From positions 32,001 to 96,000 of the forward strand of contig JASFLY010000006.1 of the NCBI GenBank assembly GCA_050117845.1: DNA of 64,000 nucleotides. Direction: 5' to 3'. The stretch comes from Candidatus Zixiibacteriota bacterium. GTDB taxonomy: Bacteria > RBG-13-66-14 > B26-G2 > WVWN01. This document shows positions 10,135-19,900 of this stretch, piece after piece. A program made the translations under genes and the position numbers. Numbering within the stretch: the first letter of the stretch is position 1; each line of letters starts with the position of its first letter. Below the pieces are notes generated by a model. That model saw only the letters and a list, made by a program, of their open reading frames with translations, searched no databases and had not been told where the DNA came from.

Positions 10135-11637
10135 TTACGCGACGGCGTTGTCGTCATCCGGCCTCAATCGCGCCATCATGGCGAGGACGGCGATTATGAA
10201 GATGAACGTCGTGCGGTTGACGAGCGACGTTTGATACAGCGGCGCGACCATATTATGCGTGAACCAGGCGACCAGGCCGGCGGAGAAGCCCACGCCCACG
10301 GCCGCGTGGAGCGACGACTGTTCTTTCATGGCGCGCCGGGCGTCGTAGTAAACGTACAAGAGGAAGAAGAGGAACGCCGCCAGGCCGAGGATCCCCTGCT
10401 CGGCGGCGATCAAAAGCCAGGTGTTGTGCACCGGAAAGAGCATTTCGAAGTCGATTCCGGTCACTTCGTACGTAAAGAACGCCTCCGGGAAGTTGTTCAA
10501 TCCCACCCCCACGAGGGGATTGTGCTTGATCATCTCGAACGAGTTCTTCATGAGCGCGACGCGGACCTCGTCCTCCATCGTTTCCATGAAGAAGCGGACG
10601 CGCATGAAAAGCTTCTCGGAGAGGAGCGTGAAAATGACGGCGAGTTGAACCGCGACCGCGAGCGATACTTTGAGGACGCGGCCGGCGAGTTCCGGGAAAC
10701 GGCGGACGCCGAGGAAAATAACGGCGACCACGGCGACGCCCATTGCCATCAGGCCGCCGCGGGAGAACGTTACGAGTAAGGCCACCAATGCCATGGCTAG
10801 TATTACGATGATAGCCCGTTTCCACATCTTCGACAGGGGGTAGAAGAAATAAAGGGCGATGAAGAGGGGGACCGTCAACTCGAAGAAGCCCGCCAGGAAA
10901 TTGCAGTAGCCGGTCGTCCCGCAGGCGCGGATGGGGCTCGCCGGGTCGTACGGCGTGGCGTGCGAGATGCCCATGTAGATGCCGAACTTCGCCAGGAAAT
11001 CGTACGTTCCCCACGGGTTTAAATACTGCGCTATGGCGAGGACCGACTGGAGCGCGACGCTTGCGCCGAGAATGATTATAACGGTTTTTAACTGGCGGTC
11101 GCCTTTGAGGTAGTTGGCGATGACGAGGAAGAACAGGAACATCTCGACCATACGGAGGATTTCGAAGATGCCGAAGGTCCAGTCGAGCGCGTAGACCGTG
11201 GAGAGTATGGCCGGGATGAAAAGCAGCGCCAGCGGGCCGGTCGTCCGCGGAACGTGTAAGCCCGAACCGCGGCCGGCGGCGAATTCTATAAACCAGAAGA
11301 ATATAAAGAGGTAAAGCGGGATTTCGTAGGAGTAAAGAACCGGGACGTTCATTATGCCGGGGTGCTCGATATCGGGGATGGGGACCAGGTAGCGGGCAAT
11401 GAAGATGGGCAGGAGTATGACCAGCATGTAGAAGAACGGCGTCTTGACGTCCCGGAAGAAGAGCATCAGCGCCAGAACGCTCATTACCAGTACGCCCGGC
11501 GCCAGGAACTTCAGGCCGAAGTTGACGTATACCCACGCCAACGCGAGCGTGGATACGATGGCGACCAGGAGTATGACGACCTTTATCGTCCGGTCGCCTC
11601 CTAGGCGCAACGCGGCTTTGGGGCTATCGGCTTTCAC
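10135..11637 (-). CDS. O-antigen ligase/polymerase family protein
   Basis: RA.GT...N.LA, TFSRGG, P..GVGLNNF, HNTWL..AAEQGILG. Confidence 0.88.
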   Translation of the reverse strand: MKADSPKAALRLGGDRTIKVVILLVAIVSTLALAWVYVNFGLKFLAPGVLVMSVLALMLFFRDVKTPFFYMLVILLPIFIARYLVPIPDIEHPGIMNVPVLYSYEIPLYLFIFFWFIEFAAGRGSGLHVPRTTGPLALLFIPAILSTVYALDWTFGIFEILRMVEMFLFFLVIANYLKGDRQLKTVIIILGASVALQSVLAIAQYLNPWGTYDFLAKFGIYMGISHATPYDPASPIRACGTTGYCNFLAGFFELTVPLFIALYFFYPLSKMWKRAIIVILAMALVALLVTFSRGGLMAMGVAVVAVIFLGVRRFPELAGRVLKVSLAVAVQLAVIFTLLSEKLFMRVRFFMETMEDEVRVALMKNSFEMIKHNPLVGVGLNNFPEAFFTYEVTGIDFEMLFPVHNTWLLIAAEQGILGLAAFLFFLLYVYYDARRAMKEQSSLHAAVGVGFSAGLVAWFTHNMVAPLYQTSLVNRTTFIFIIAVLAMMARLRPDDDNAVA

Positions 11638-12106
11638 GTAATACGCTCAATAATCGGGCGACGGCGCGGGCGTAGTGCGTGCCCGGCCAGTAGACCCGGC
11701 CGCAAGCCGGGCAACGGGCGAAAGTATCTTGCGTCTTTTCGACGTGGGGCGGCAATTTGGTTCTTACTTCCTCTTTAGTTGCCGGTTCCAGAATAACGTT
11801 GCATTCGATGCAACGTGTCATGGCGTTCGCCGTGAATTCCAAACTGAAGCGCCGGGCCGTGGCCGCGACTTGCGCCATGACCCGGTCGTCCTCCACCAGG
11901 AAGACTTCCACATCCTCGCGGCCCGCCAGGTCCCGGCGCCGTGTTAATAGCGTCCGGCCGCTGCGTAACGTTTCGCGCAGGGCCGCGGGGCCGTCCGCGT
12001 CGCGCAGATACTCGACGTCGTAACCCAGCATTCGGAGGTATCGCGCGAGACGCCCCAGCGCGGCGTCGGCCAGGAATTTCCGCTCCCCGCCCCGGCAAGT
12101 AAGCAT
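11624..12106 (-). CDS. Mut7-C RNase (PIN fold plus Zn ribbon) domain protein
   Basis: FLADAALGRLARYLRMLGYD, RC..CN, C..CGRVYW.GTH. Confidence 0.9.
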   Translation of the reverse strand: MLTCRGGERKFLADAALGRLARYLRMLGYDVEYLRDADGPAALRETLRSGRTLLTRRRDLAGREDVEVFLVEDDRVMAQVAATARRFSLEFTANAMTRCIECNVILEPATKEEVRTKLPPHVEKTQDTFARCPACGRVYWPGTHYARAVARLLSVLRESR

Positions 12107-12112
12107 AACCCG

Positions 12113-12520
12113 TTACCAGAATGCCGGCGCCCACACGACCCAGGCGGCGGCGACGATAGCGACGCCCAACGGCATCGTTACTTGCCACGTCGGGGCCGAG
12201 TCTCCATGCCGGAAAAAACCGGAATGGGCCGGAAAGAACCTCGGCGGCGCCTTGCCCCGTTTGCCGACGAACAGGTTCTCCACGTCGGGCAAAGCCCCGC
12301 CCACGGCCCCCATTATGACCGCCAACCGAAAATCGCCGAGCCAAGTATACAAAATAAGGGCGGCCACCGCCATTAAAAGTTCAGCGACGCGGCCGAAATC
12401 CCGGTGGGTAATCAGGTCCGCCGGGACATGGGCCGCAACGCCGAGAGCGAGCGCCGCGGCCGGATGGGGCGCGACGGCCCCCAGCGCGGCGCCGACCGCA
12501 ACGTGGCCGAAAACGGACAC
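12113..12520 (-). CDS. Small membrane protein, possibly metal-dependent hydrolase-like
   Basis: HVAVGAA, AH...D.I.H.D and LPD motifs; hydrophobic. Confidence 0.65.
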   Translation of the reverse strand: MSVFGHVAVGAALGAVAPHPAAALALGVAAHVPADLITHRDFGRVAELLMAVAALILYTWLGDFRLAVIMGAVGGALPDVENLFVGKRGKAPPRFFPAHSGFFRHGDSAPTWQVTMPLGVAIVAAAWVVWAPAFW

Positions 12521-12524
12521 TTCC

Positions 12525-13055
12525 TTATTCTATCCACCGGACGACTTCGGACAGCGGCTTCCGGTCGGACCGGCCTTCCTTGGCCGGAACGCCGACCGGT
12601 ATCAGCGCCACCGGCCTCTCGTCCTTCTTCAAGCGGAGGCCCCGGGCGACGGCGGCGTCGTCGAAAGCGCCGACCCAACATGTCCCCAGGCCCATATCGC
12701 GGGCCGCCAGGAGGATATTCTGGACCGCGGCCGCGGTATCCTGCAGACAGTAGAGCTGACGGCCCCGGTCCCCGTACGGCGAATTTACGGGAGGGGCCGC
12801 GGCCACGCCGATTACCGCCGGCGCGTCCGCTACGAACTTTTGGCCGAAGGCCGCCGTTGCGAGTTCGCCCTTGACCTTGGGAGAGGTGACGACGATGAAG
12901 ACCCAGGGTTGTAGGTTCCCTCCGGACGGGGCCCAGCGGGCGGCTTCCAGCAATTTATCTATCTGCTCCCGGGTGACGACGTCGCTGGTGAAACTTCGCA
13001 CCGACCGGCGTCCCCGGATCGTGTCCAGTATGCCCATGATGTTTAACCGTCCCAC
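12525..13055 (-). CDS. Nitroreductase family protein (start may be ATG at 13037)
   Basis: RRSVRSF, APSGGNLQPW.F, QD.AAA.QN.LLAA..GLGTCW. Confidence 0.92.
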   Translation of the reverse strand: MGRLNIMGILDTIRGRRSVRSFTSDVVTREQIDKLLEAARWAPSGGNLQPWVFIVVTSPKVKGELATAAFGQKFVADAPAVIGVAAAPPVNSPYGDRGRQLYCLQDTAAAVQNILLAARDMGLGTCWVGAFDDAAVARGLRLKKDERPVALIPVGVPAKEGRSDRKPLSEVVRWIE

Positions 13056-13465
13056 GGGTCGCTATACTCGTTAACCAAGACCTGGTCCAGTTCGTCGGCG
13101 ACTTCCGCGACCCTTACCAGCGCCCGCATGGCCTCGTCGAAGCCGAGGCCGCTCATTTCTCTGTTGATTTCAAGCCACACGACGTCGTCCCGAAGCGAGA
13201 ACTTCACGGCGATGCGTTGGGCGTTTTCTTGGAGGAGGCGTTCGAAACACTCGCCCCGGCGGGACGTCGGCGCCGCCATTATCGGCGCGGCGATGTTCAC
13301 GTAGTACTCGCCGCCGATATCGACGATCGTTATGAATATCTCGGCCGACCCCTTGGCGAATTGCCAGCACTGGTGTTCCTCGTTGTAGCACTCGGAGGGT
13401 TCGAGGCCCGTGCGCCTGATAAGGGTTTCGACGAGTTTGATATAATCTTCGGCTTTATCCGCCAT
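13043..13465 (-). CDS. YbjN/CesT-like chaperone-fold protein
   Basis: W.F.KGSA.I.I, LL..N, ADELD..L pattern; 140 aa, acidic. Confidence 0.7.
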   Translation of the reverse strand: MADKAEDYIKLVETLIRRTGLEPSECYNEEHQCWQFAKGSAEIFITIVDIGGEYYVNIAAPIMAAPTSRRGECFERLLQENAQRIAVKFSLRDDVVWLEINREMSGLGFDEAMRALVRVAEVADELDQVLVNEYSDPWDG

Positions 13466-13466
13466 A

Positions 13467-14162
13467 TTAAACCGCCTCCCGCAGGAGGCCCACCGGCGTT
13501 TGCTCGAGCTGTTGGCCCAGCGGGTTGTCGGTGCAGCCGTCCTCGACCCATTTCGGGTCGACGCCCGAAGAGTGGCCGAGGCAGTCGCAATCGCCGTAGT
13601 CGCCGGCGTCGATTATCGCCGTCTCGCAGCCGGTGCGCCGCTTGATGGCTTCCGCCGCGGCGTTCCCTTCCGCCGGCCCGTATACTATCAGCCGAATGAG
13701 GGGGTCGAAACTCTGCTTCCGCGTACCGTCTATTTCGGCCACGCCGTGGCCGGTAATCTCGAAGAATACGCCGCGTTTGCCGAAGAGCTTGGTGACGGCC
13801 GAACAGGCCGCGGCCCAGAGGATCTTGGGGAGGCCCACGAGGTTAATGGCCGCCTGCATCTTCTCCGGAATGCCGACCGCGCCGAAGCCGTAAACGGGCT
13901 TGGATACGAAGCGCCACAGCACCCGGGCCCATATCCCCAGGCGCAGATCGTCGAACGGGACGGTCCGCCCCTGGCACAGCGATACGATTTTCGACGTTAC
14001 GAGTATGACGTCGCCGGCCCGTCTGACCGGGCCGGTGTACTCGTCGACGACTTCCACGATGTTATCGCCGTAGCCCACGACGTGGGTGTGGACGGGTATC
14101 TTTTTTATGTCGGCCATTAAGGGCGAAACGAAATACTTACCCCGATTACTAATTAATATCAC
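13467..14162 (-). CDS. CofE-like (F420-0:gamma-glutamyl ligase family) protein
   Basis: I...P..TH, SKIVS.CQG, EIDG, AIIDA.D, DNPLGQ..EQTP. Confidence 0.75.
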   Translation of the reverse strand: MILISNRGKYFVSPLMADIKKIPVHTHVVGYGDNIVEVVDEYTGPVRRAGDVILVTSKIVSLCQGRTVPFDDLRLGIWARVLWRFVSKPVYGFGAVGIPEKMQAAINLVGLPKILWAAACSAVTKLFGKRGVFFEITGHGVAEIDGTRKQSFDPLIRLIVYGPAEGNAAAEAIKRRTGCETAIIDAGDYGDCDCLGHSSGVDPKWVEDGCTDNPLGQQLEQTPVGLLREAV

Positions 14163-14283
14163 AAACCCCCTTTAACCACAAGCTGAAACTATGGCCCTTG
14201 CGGCCCCTCGGCTTGACCAGCCGTCGCCCCTATGATAGAATTTCGCCTATGTTTATCGAGTATTCTCGCGTATCGCGGGCGCA

Positions 14284-15453
14284 ATGATGGCCGAGAACGA
14301 TCTCATCTATATGGACAACGCGGCCACGTCCTGGCCCAAACCGCCGGCCGTGCTCGAGGCGATGACGTTCTACCAGGAACGGGTAGGCGCCAGCGCCGGC
14401 CGCGGCGGATACCGGCTGGCCGTGGACGCGGCCCGGCTCATCTTCGACGCCCGGGAGGCGGTGGCCGGCCTGTTCGGCGTCGCCGATTCCCGGCGCGTAA
14501 TATTTACGCTGAACTGCACCGAGGCGCTGAACATCGTCCTCCAGGGGTGGCTGGAGGAGGGGAGCCACGTCGTCACGACGGCGATGGAGCATAATTCCGT
14601 GGCCCGGCCTTTAAATCACTTGCATAAAGAGCGCGGCGTGGACGTAACGTACGTCCCGTGTTCGGCCGACGGGTTGCTCGACCCGGCCGACGTAGCGAAA
14701 GCCATAACGGCGGAGACGCGGCTGGTCGCGATTATCCACGCCTCGAACGTGTGCGGCGCCGTGAACGACGTCACGGCGGTGGGTAAAATCTGCCGGGAGC
14801 GGGAGGTCCCCTTCCTCGTAGATGCCGCGCAGAGCGCCGGCGCCGCGGAGATAAACGTCGAGGAAATGGGTATAGACTTCCTGGCCTTCCCGGGCCACAA
14901 GGGCTTGATGGGGCCGCTTGGCACCGGGGCCCTGTACGTCGGGCCACGCGTGAACCCCCGGCCCCTCTACGAAGGCGGGACCGGCACGAATTCGGAGTCG
15001 ACGTTCCAACCCGAAAATCTGCCGGATTATTACGAGGCCGGTTCCCACAACGCGATAGGCCTAGCCGGCCTGAGGGCGAGTTGCGAGTTTCTGGCGGAAG
15101 TAACGCCGGCGGCCGCCGGGGCTCACAAAGCCCGGTTGGCGGAACGTTTCGTGGCCGCGGTCGACGAGATCCCGGCCGTGACCTACCACGGCCCGCGCGA
15201 TTTCGCGAGGCAGGCCGGCGTTTGTTCGATCCGGGTCGACGGCATGGCCGCGGCGGAGGTGGGCCACCGCCTGGACGCCGGGTACGGCGTTATGGTGCGG
15301 ACGGGCCTGCATTGCTCGCCGCTGGCCCATACGACGCTGGGTACAATCGAAACCGGTACGGTACGGTTCTCTTTCGGCTATTACAACACCGAGGAACAGG
15401 TAGACGTTGCGGCCCGGGCGCTCCGGGAAATCGCTCGCGACGGGGGAAGGTAA
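14284..15453 (+). CDS. Cysteine desulfurase-like class V aminotransferase
   Basis: YMDNAATSWPKP, MEHNSV, DAAQSAG, PGHKGL, RTGLHC. Confidence 0.92.
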   Translation: MMAENDLIYMDNAATSWPKPPAVLEAMTFYQERVGASAGRGGYRLAVDAARLIFDAREAVAGLFGVADSRRVIFTLNCTEALNIVLQGWLEEGSHVVTTAMEHNSVARPLNHLHKERGVDVTYVPCSADGLLDPADVAKAITAETRLVAIIHASNVCGAVNDVTAVGKICREREVPFLVDAAQSAGAAEINVEEMGIDFLAFPGHKGLMGPLGTGALYVGPRVNPRPLYEGGTGTNSESTFQPENLPDYYEAGSHNAIGLAGLRASCEFLAEVTPAAAGAHKARLAERFVAAVDEIPAVTYHGPRDFARQAGVCSIRVDGMAAAEVGHRLDAGYGVMVRTGLHCSPLAHTTLGTIETGTVRFSFGYYNTEEQVDVAARALREIARDGGR

Positions 15454-15456
15454 GCC

Positions 15457-16377
15457 ATGAAATACAAGATGATATTGCTTGTGGCCGTCTCGCTGGCGCT
15501 GCTTCTCGGCTGTGCCGAGGACGAGCCGGGCGACGTTTCGACGTGGTCCTTTTATCGGGGCGCGAGTATAGGCGGCGCTTCGTTCCGGGCGGTCGACGCT
15601 ACCGGCCCGAACGACGCCTGGGCCGTCGGATCCCGCGGGAAAATCCTCCGCTACGACGGCATCAGGTGGGCCTTTTACCCCGTCTCGGTGACGGAAACCG
15701 ACCTTAACGGCCTGGACATGACCTCGGGCAGTACCGGCTGGGCGGTGGGCGCGGCCGGTACCGTACTCCGTTACCACAACGGCCAGTGGTATAACACCCT
15801 TCACATCACCGGCCTCGATCTCTACAGCGTGGCCTTCGGCGGCGACGGGACCGGCTTCGCCGTGGGCGACGGCGGCGCCGTTTTCCGTTACCGGGGCGGC
15901 GAATGGGAAGACGTTTCGGTGCCGGGCGTAACGGCCGACCTGCGCGACGTGGCGGTTGCGGGGGACGGCACGGCGTGGGCGGTGGGCGACGTCGGGACCA
16001 TTCTTTGCTACGACGGCGCCACCTGGTCGGAGGTCGAATCGTCGCCGACGACGCATCGGCTCAACGCCGTGGCTTACGGGGCCGGCGGCGCGTACGCGGC
16101 CGGGGACGCGGGCGTCGTTCTCTGCAACACGGGCACGGGATGGTACGCCATGCCGACCTCGGCTACCGGGACGCTGCTCGGCGTGGCCGCCGCCGAGGAA
16201 GCGGCGTTCGCCTGTGGCAACGACGGCATCTTACTGGGCACCAAGGACGGCGCGTGGGGGCCCGTGGGGCCGGAACTCGGGCCGGTGAACCTCAACGACG
16301 TAACGCTGATAAACAGCAACGAGGGTTGGGCCGTCGGCGACCAGGGCGTCATCCTCCGCTACGGCCGCGCCTGGTAA
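15457..16377 (+). CDS. Lipoprotein with repeated beta-propeller-like (WAVG..G.IL.Y.G..W) units
   Basis: Lipobox LLGC; about 7 imperfect repeats. Confidence 0.8.
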   Translation: MKYKMILLVAVSLALLLGCAEDEPGDVSTWSFYRGASIGGASFRAVDATGPNDAWAVGSRGKILRYDGIRWAFYPVSVTETDLNGLDMTSGSTGWAVGAAGTVLRYHNGQWYNTLHITGLDLYSVAFGGDGTGFAVGDGGAVFRYRGGEWEDVSVPGVTADLRDVAVAGDGTAWAVGDVGTILCYDGATWSEVESSPTTHRLNAVAYGAGGAYAAGDAGVVLCNTGTGWYAMPTSATGTLLGVAAAEEAAFACGNDGILLGTKDGAWGPVGPELGPVNLNDVTLINSNEGWAVGDQGVILRYGRAW

Positions 16378-16400
16378 TCCCCACCCCCCCCAATTATAAT

Positions 16401-16435
16401 AAAAAGAGGGAACCTCTACGGGTTCCTTTTTGTTT
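16401..16435. terminator. Bidirectional intrinsic terminator
   Basis: A run, GGGAACC..GGTTCC hairpin, T run; between convergent genes. Confidence 0.65.
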
Positions 16436-16452
16436 GACGCGTACTAGCGTCT

Positions 16453-17346
16453 TTACAGCAGGCCGGCCGCGACCTTGTAGCTATTGACGTGGATGGTGAC
16501 GGTGTCCGAGGTGTGAGTGGCGTAGCCGCCGGCCAGGAGTATCACGGCCGGGATGTCACGCTCCGCGCAAGCGCCCAGGACTATGCGGTCGCGCTCAATC
16601 AGCCCCTCGATGCTTATCTGTAGCGTGCCGAGCTGGTCGCCGGCGTAGGGGTCGGCGCCGGCCACGTAGGCCACGAATTCCGGGGCGAACCGGTCGAGCA
16701 CTTTCGGAACGTGCTCGCGGAGCGGCGGGAGGTAGACGTCGTCCGGGGCGAAGGAGGGGAGGCCGATGTCGAGGTCGCTCCGCTGCTTCACGGGGTAGAG
16801 GTGTTCCTCGTGGATGGAGAAGGTGAAGACGGCCGGGTCGTCGCGGAAGATGTAAGCGGTCCCGTTGCCCTGATGGAGATCGCAATCGATGACCGCGGCC
16901 CGGCTTATCCGTTTCTCGTGGAGCATGTAACGGACGGCCAGCGCGACGTCGTTGATGTAGCAGAACCCTTCCGCGTGGTCGGGGAAGGCGTGGTGGAGGC
17001 CGCCGCCGGCGTTCATCGTCGGCCCGCCGCGTTCCACGGCGGCGCGCGACGCGGCGATGGATCCTCCGGCGCCGGTCAGGAAGGCCCGCACTATTTCGGG
17101 CGTCAGCGCCATCTCCGAGGACGCGGTGGCGGCGGTCCACCGGGCGTTCAGGACGTCGTCCAGGTACTCCGGCGTATGGACGAGCTCGAGTTCGGCCCGG
17201 ATGGCCGGTTCCGGCTCGATTACCTCGCCCAGGATGCCTTCGGCCTCCAGCCGTTCGACGATGAGGCGGTACTTCTGTATCGGGAAGACGTGACCCTGGA
17301 GGTCGGCAAGGTACTGCGGAGAATAGGCGATGGGTATGGTCGTCAT
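16453..17346 (-). CDS. Histone deacetylase family (Zn-dependent) protein
   Basis: GGGLHHA, GFCYIND, DCDLHQGNG, GAD...D.LG, AGGY. Confidence 0.93.
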   Translation of the reverse strand: MTTIPIAYSPQYLADLQGHVFPIQKYRLIVERLEAEGILGEVIEPEPAIRAELELVHTPEYLDDVLNARWTAATASSEMALTPEIVRAFLTGAGGSIAASRAAVERGGPTMNAGGGLHHAFPDHAEGFCYINDVALAVRYMLHEKRISRAAVIDCDLHQGNGTAYIFRDDPAVFTFSIHEEHLYPVKQRSDLDIGLPSFAPDDVYLPPLREHVPKVLDRFAPEFVAYVAGADPYAGDQLGTLQISIEGLIERDRIVLGACAERDIPAVILLAGGYATHTSDTVTIHVNSYKVAAGLL

Positions 17347-17378
17347 TCCGGGTACCGTGGCGCGTTTTTAAGGGGAAG

Positions 17379-17969
17379 CTAGAAGCTGACGGTTACCCCC
17401 CACGTCGGTACGACTTCGCCGTTCTCCCCGGACGTCCGGCAGAGGCCCAGCGACGGTTCAACCGTAATCGAGTATCCGGGGATGTCGTAGAAGCGGGGTT
17501 TCTTTACGGCGTTGTATACGGCCGCTCCCAAAAAACCAGCTGGGATGACGGTGTAGAAAGCGGCGGTCAGCGCGCCGGCGTCGCTATCCTCGTCGGTCAG
17601 GAGGTAGGCCGCGCCGGCCGCGGTTCCGATTACGGCGTAAAACGTGCCGGCCGTTGCCGAGAGGACCTTGCCGCGGTTGGCGGAAGGGTGGCCGACGTTC
17701 TCGCCGACTACGTATACCGCCAGCGCGGAGGCCAGGGGCGCCACGCCGTAGACGGCGTAAGACAGCTTCTCGCGCGTTCCGCCCTCGTTGTCCTTGGGGT
17801 CGCCGCCGACGGCGTAGCCGGCGGCGAAGAAGGCGATTCCCACGGCTCCGGCCGCGGCGGCCTCGGAGAAGTAGAGTTCGTCCGGCGTGCCCCCCGGTTC
17901 CCCGGCGCCGGCGAAGGAGGCCTGCAAGGCGAGAACGGCGACGGCCGCGATTAACTTGCGAATCGGCAT
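17379..17969 (-). CDS. Secreted Gly/Ala-rich protein ending in Phe (family A, copy 1)
   Basis: Signal peptide; GE..G..S.N; YNAVKKP; ends WGVTVSF. Confidence 0.75.
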   Translation of the reverse strand: MPIRKLIAAVAVLALQASFAGAGEPGGTPDELYFSEAAAAGAVGIAFFAAGYAVGGDPKDNEGGTREKLSYAVYGVAPLASALAVYVVGENVGHPSANRGKVLSATAGTFYAVIGTAAGAAYLLTDEDSDAGALTAAFYTVIPAGFLGAAVYNAVKKPRFYDIPGYSITVEPSLGLCRTSGENGEVVPTWGVTVSF

Positions 17970-17975
17970 AGTCCG

Positions 17976-18449
17976 TTAGAATGACGCCGAGAAGGTTACG
18001 AATATTTCGTCCCGGTTTTCGTCCCCCTCGTCGCTTTCTTTAACGAGGTTGTAAGTCACCGTGGAGACGGCGGGAGCGAGTAGCATTCCGATAATCAGGC
18101 CCCGCCATCCGTCGGCCCAAAGGCCGACGAGAGAAGAGACGTACGAAGTTCCAATAGCGGCGCCGGCGCTGGCCCAGTCGTTTCGGGAATCGTCTCCCCA
18201 CAGTTCCCCGGCGCCGTAAACGCCGAGGCCCACGCCGGCCGGGTAGGCTAGAAGGAAACCGTATAGGCCGCCCCCGGCGAATTTTTCGGAAGACCATATG
18301 TTCCCGACGGGGATGGCGGCGATGCCGACGCCCACGCCGCCGAGGTAGCCGCAACCGACCTCGGCCGCGACGATGCCGGCCCCGTCCGCGCCGGCGGCCG
18401 CGGCAACCGCGAGGGTCGCCGCCAGCAGGGATATTATAACCCTTCGCAC
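17976..18449 (-). CDS. Secreted Gly/Ala-rich protein ending in Phe (family A, copy 2)
   Basis: GTG start; signal peptide; AYPAGVGLGVYGAGE; YNLVKE; ends VTFSASF. Confidence 0.72.
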   Translation of the reverse strand: MRRVIISLLAATLAVAAAAGADGAGIVAAEVGCGYLGGVGVGIAAIPVGNIWSSEKFAGGGLYGFLLAYPAGVGLGVYGAGELWGDDSRNDWASAGAAIGTSYVSSLVGLWADGWRGLIIGMLLAPAVSTVTYNLVKESDEGDENRDEIFVTFSASF

Positions 18450-18541
18450 GTTGAATACTAATATTTCGGGGCGACGTTGTAAATAAAAACCCGCGGCCGT
18501 TTTCACTTGCGCCCGGCCGCGGAGTTAATTATTATTGCGAC

Positions 18542-19636
18542 GTGCACGCCAGATTCGCGGCAACGGCGATGTTTGTTTTACTGGCGGCGTTACCGGCCGG
18601 CGCGGTCGATTGGGCCGCCATGCCCTTCGGTTACTACACGTCCGACACCGGCCCGGCGTTCGGCGCCTACGCGGCCTTGTACTTCCGCCTCCCCGACACC
18701 CTTCCCGAAACCCGCGTTTCCTATATCCAACCGATGGTCGTTTACACGTGGAAACGCCAGTTCCGCGGCGACCTCGACGGCGACCTCTATTCGCCCAAAG
18801 CCGACTGGCGCCTCGCGGCCGAGAACCGCTACGAGAAATACCCAACCACTTTCTGGCCCCCTCCAGGCTCGGAGAACGCCCCCAAGGAATACTACGCGGA
18901 TTATACCAGGCGCTTCTTCCGTTCGGACGTAGTCGCGTACCGGCGGGTGGCCGGGCCGTTCTACGCCGGCCTGGGAGGCTACGCTCTGGATTACGAAGTC
19001 GTCGAATGGGCCCCCGACGCGGAGGGCCTTCCGGGAGGTTACTTGCCCGACCCGGCGCTCGCGCCCGGCGTAGCCGGCGGGAAGGTAGCCGGGCCCTCGG
19101 TGGTCGCCGAGTTCGACACCCGGGACCTGCGCCACGCCGCGTCGGACGGTTTCCTCGTGGGAGGGCGCTTCTCTCTGTTCGACGACGGGGCGGGGTCGGA
19201 TTACTCGTTCCGCTGGTACGAGGTCGACGCGAGGTGTTTCTGCCCGCTCGAGCGGCTGGGCCGGAGGTGGACCTTCGCGAACCGCCTTCTGGTCTCGGGG
19301 CGGGACGGAGCGCCGCCGTTCTGGGCGATGCCGGAGCTCGGCGGCTCGGCGCTTTTGCGGGGCCAACCGGAAGGTCGGGCCCGGGACCGCTGGCTCGTGG
19401 CCTATCAGGAAGAGATGCGCGTGCCGCTGTGGTGGCGTTTTCAGGCGGCGCTGTTCATGGACGTGGGCGGCGTCGCGCCGAAACTGAACGACCTCTCGCT
19501 GGATACGATAATGATGACGGCGGGGGCCGGCCTTCGCTTCGACCTTATCAAGGAAGGGGAGTCGCGGGTCCGTTTCGATTACGGCCGCGGCAAGGACTCG
19601 CAGGGCTTTTACCTAGTATTCAGCGAGGCGTTTTAG
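18542..19636 (+). CDS. Omp85 (BamA/TamA superfamily) barrel without POTRA domains
   Basis: Signal peptide then P..YY.SDTG..FG; FDTRD; LGGS.LLRG..EGR.RD; GAGLRF; RFDYG.G; ends EAF. Confidence 0.85.
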   Translation: MHARFAATAMFVLLAALPAGAVDWAAMPFGYYTSDTGPAFGAYAALYFRLPDTLPETRVSYIQPMVVYTWKRQFRGDLDGDLYSPKADWRLAAENRYEKYPTTFWPPPGSENAPKEYYADYTRRFFRSDVVAYRRVAGPFYAGLGGYALDYEVVEWAPDAEGLPGGYLPDPALAPGVAGGKVAGPSVVAEFDTRDLRHAASDGFLVGGRFSLFDDGAGSDYSFRWYEVDARCFCPLERLGRRWTFANRLLVSGRDGAPPFWAMPELGGSALLRGQPEGRARDRWLVAYQEEMRVPLWWRFQAALFMDVGGVAPKLNDLSLDTIMMTAGAGLRFDLIKEGESRVRFDYGRGKDSQGFYLVFSEAF

Positions 19637-19898
19637 ATATACGAACCCCGGCTAAAGCACCGCCCGCTGAAGAAGGATTCGCAGGGTTTTTACTTCGTAT
19701 TTAGGGAGTCGTTTTGGGTATACGCGCCGCCGGCTGAAGCCGGCGGTTAGTGCTGCGCGGATAAAGCACCGCCCGCTGAAGAAGGAATCGCAGGGTTTTC
19801 ACCTTATACTAAACGAGTCGTTTTGGGTATACGCGCCGCCGGCTGAAGCCGGCGGTTAACGCTACGCGGATAACGCACCGCCCGCTGAAGCGGGCGGT
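19592..19898 (+). repeat. Tandem duplication (two 109-bp units at 19673 and 19782) of the omp85 3' end plus REP-like hairpins
   Basis: AAGGAnTCGCAGGG...GAG.CGTTTT.G.TATACG at 19592, 19673 and 19782; CCGCCGGCTGAAGCCGGCGG at 19727 and 19836; ACCGCCCGCTGAAGCGGGCGGT at 19877. Confidence 0.92.
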
Positions 19899-19900
19899 TT

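Noticed and set aside
8944..10779. Long antisense or shadow ORFs (also 4390-5814, 55172-56743, 36294-37592 and others)
   Set aside because: Typical stop-poor frames of high-GC DNA opposite well-supported genes; no recognisable motifs
19592..19898. CRISPR array or DGR TR/VR pair
   Set aside because: The would-be spacers are homologous to each other and to the gene end; substitutions are not A-specific; no cas or RT genes
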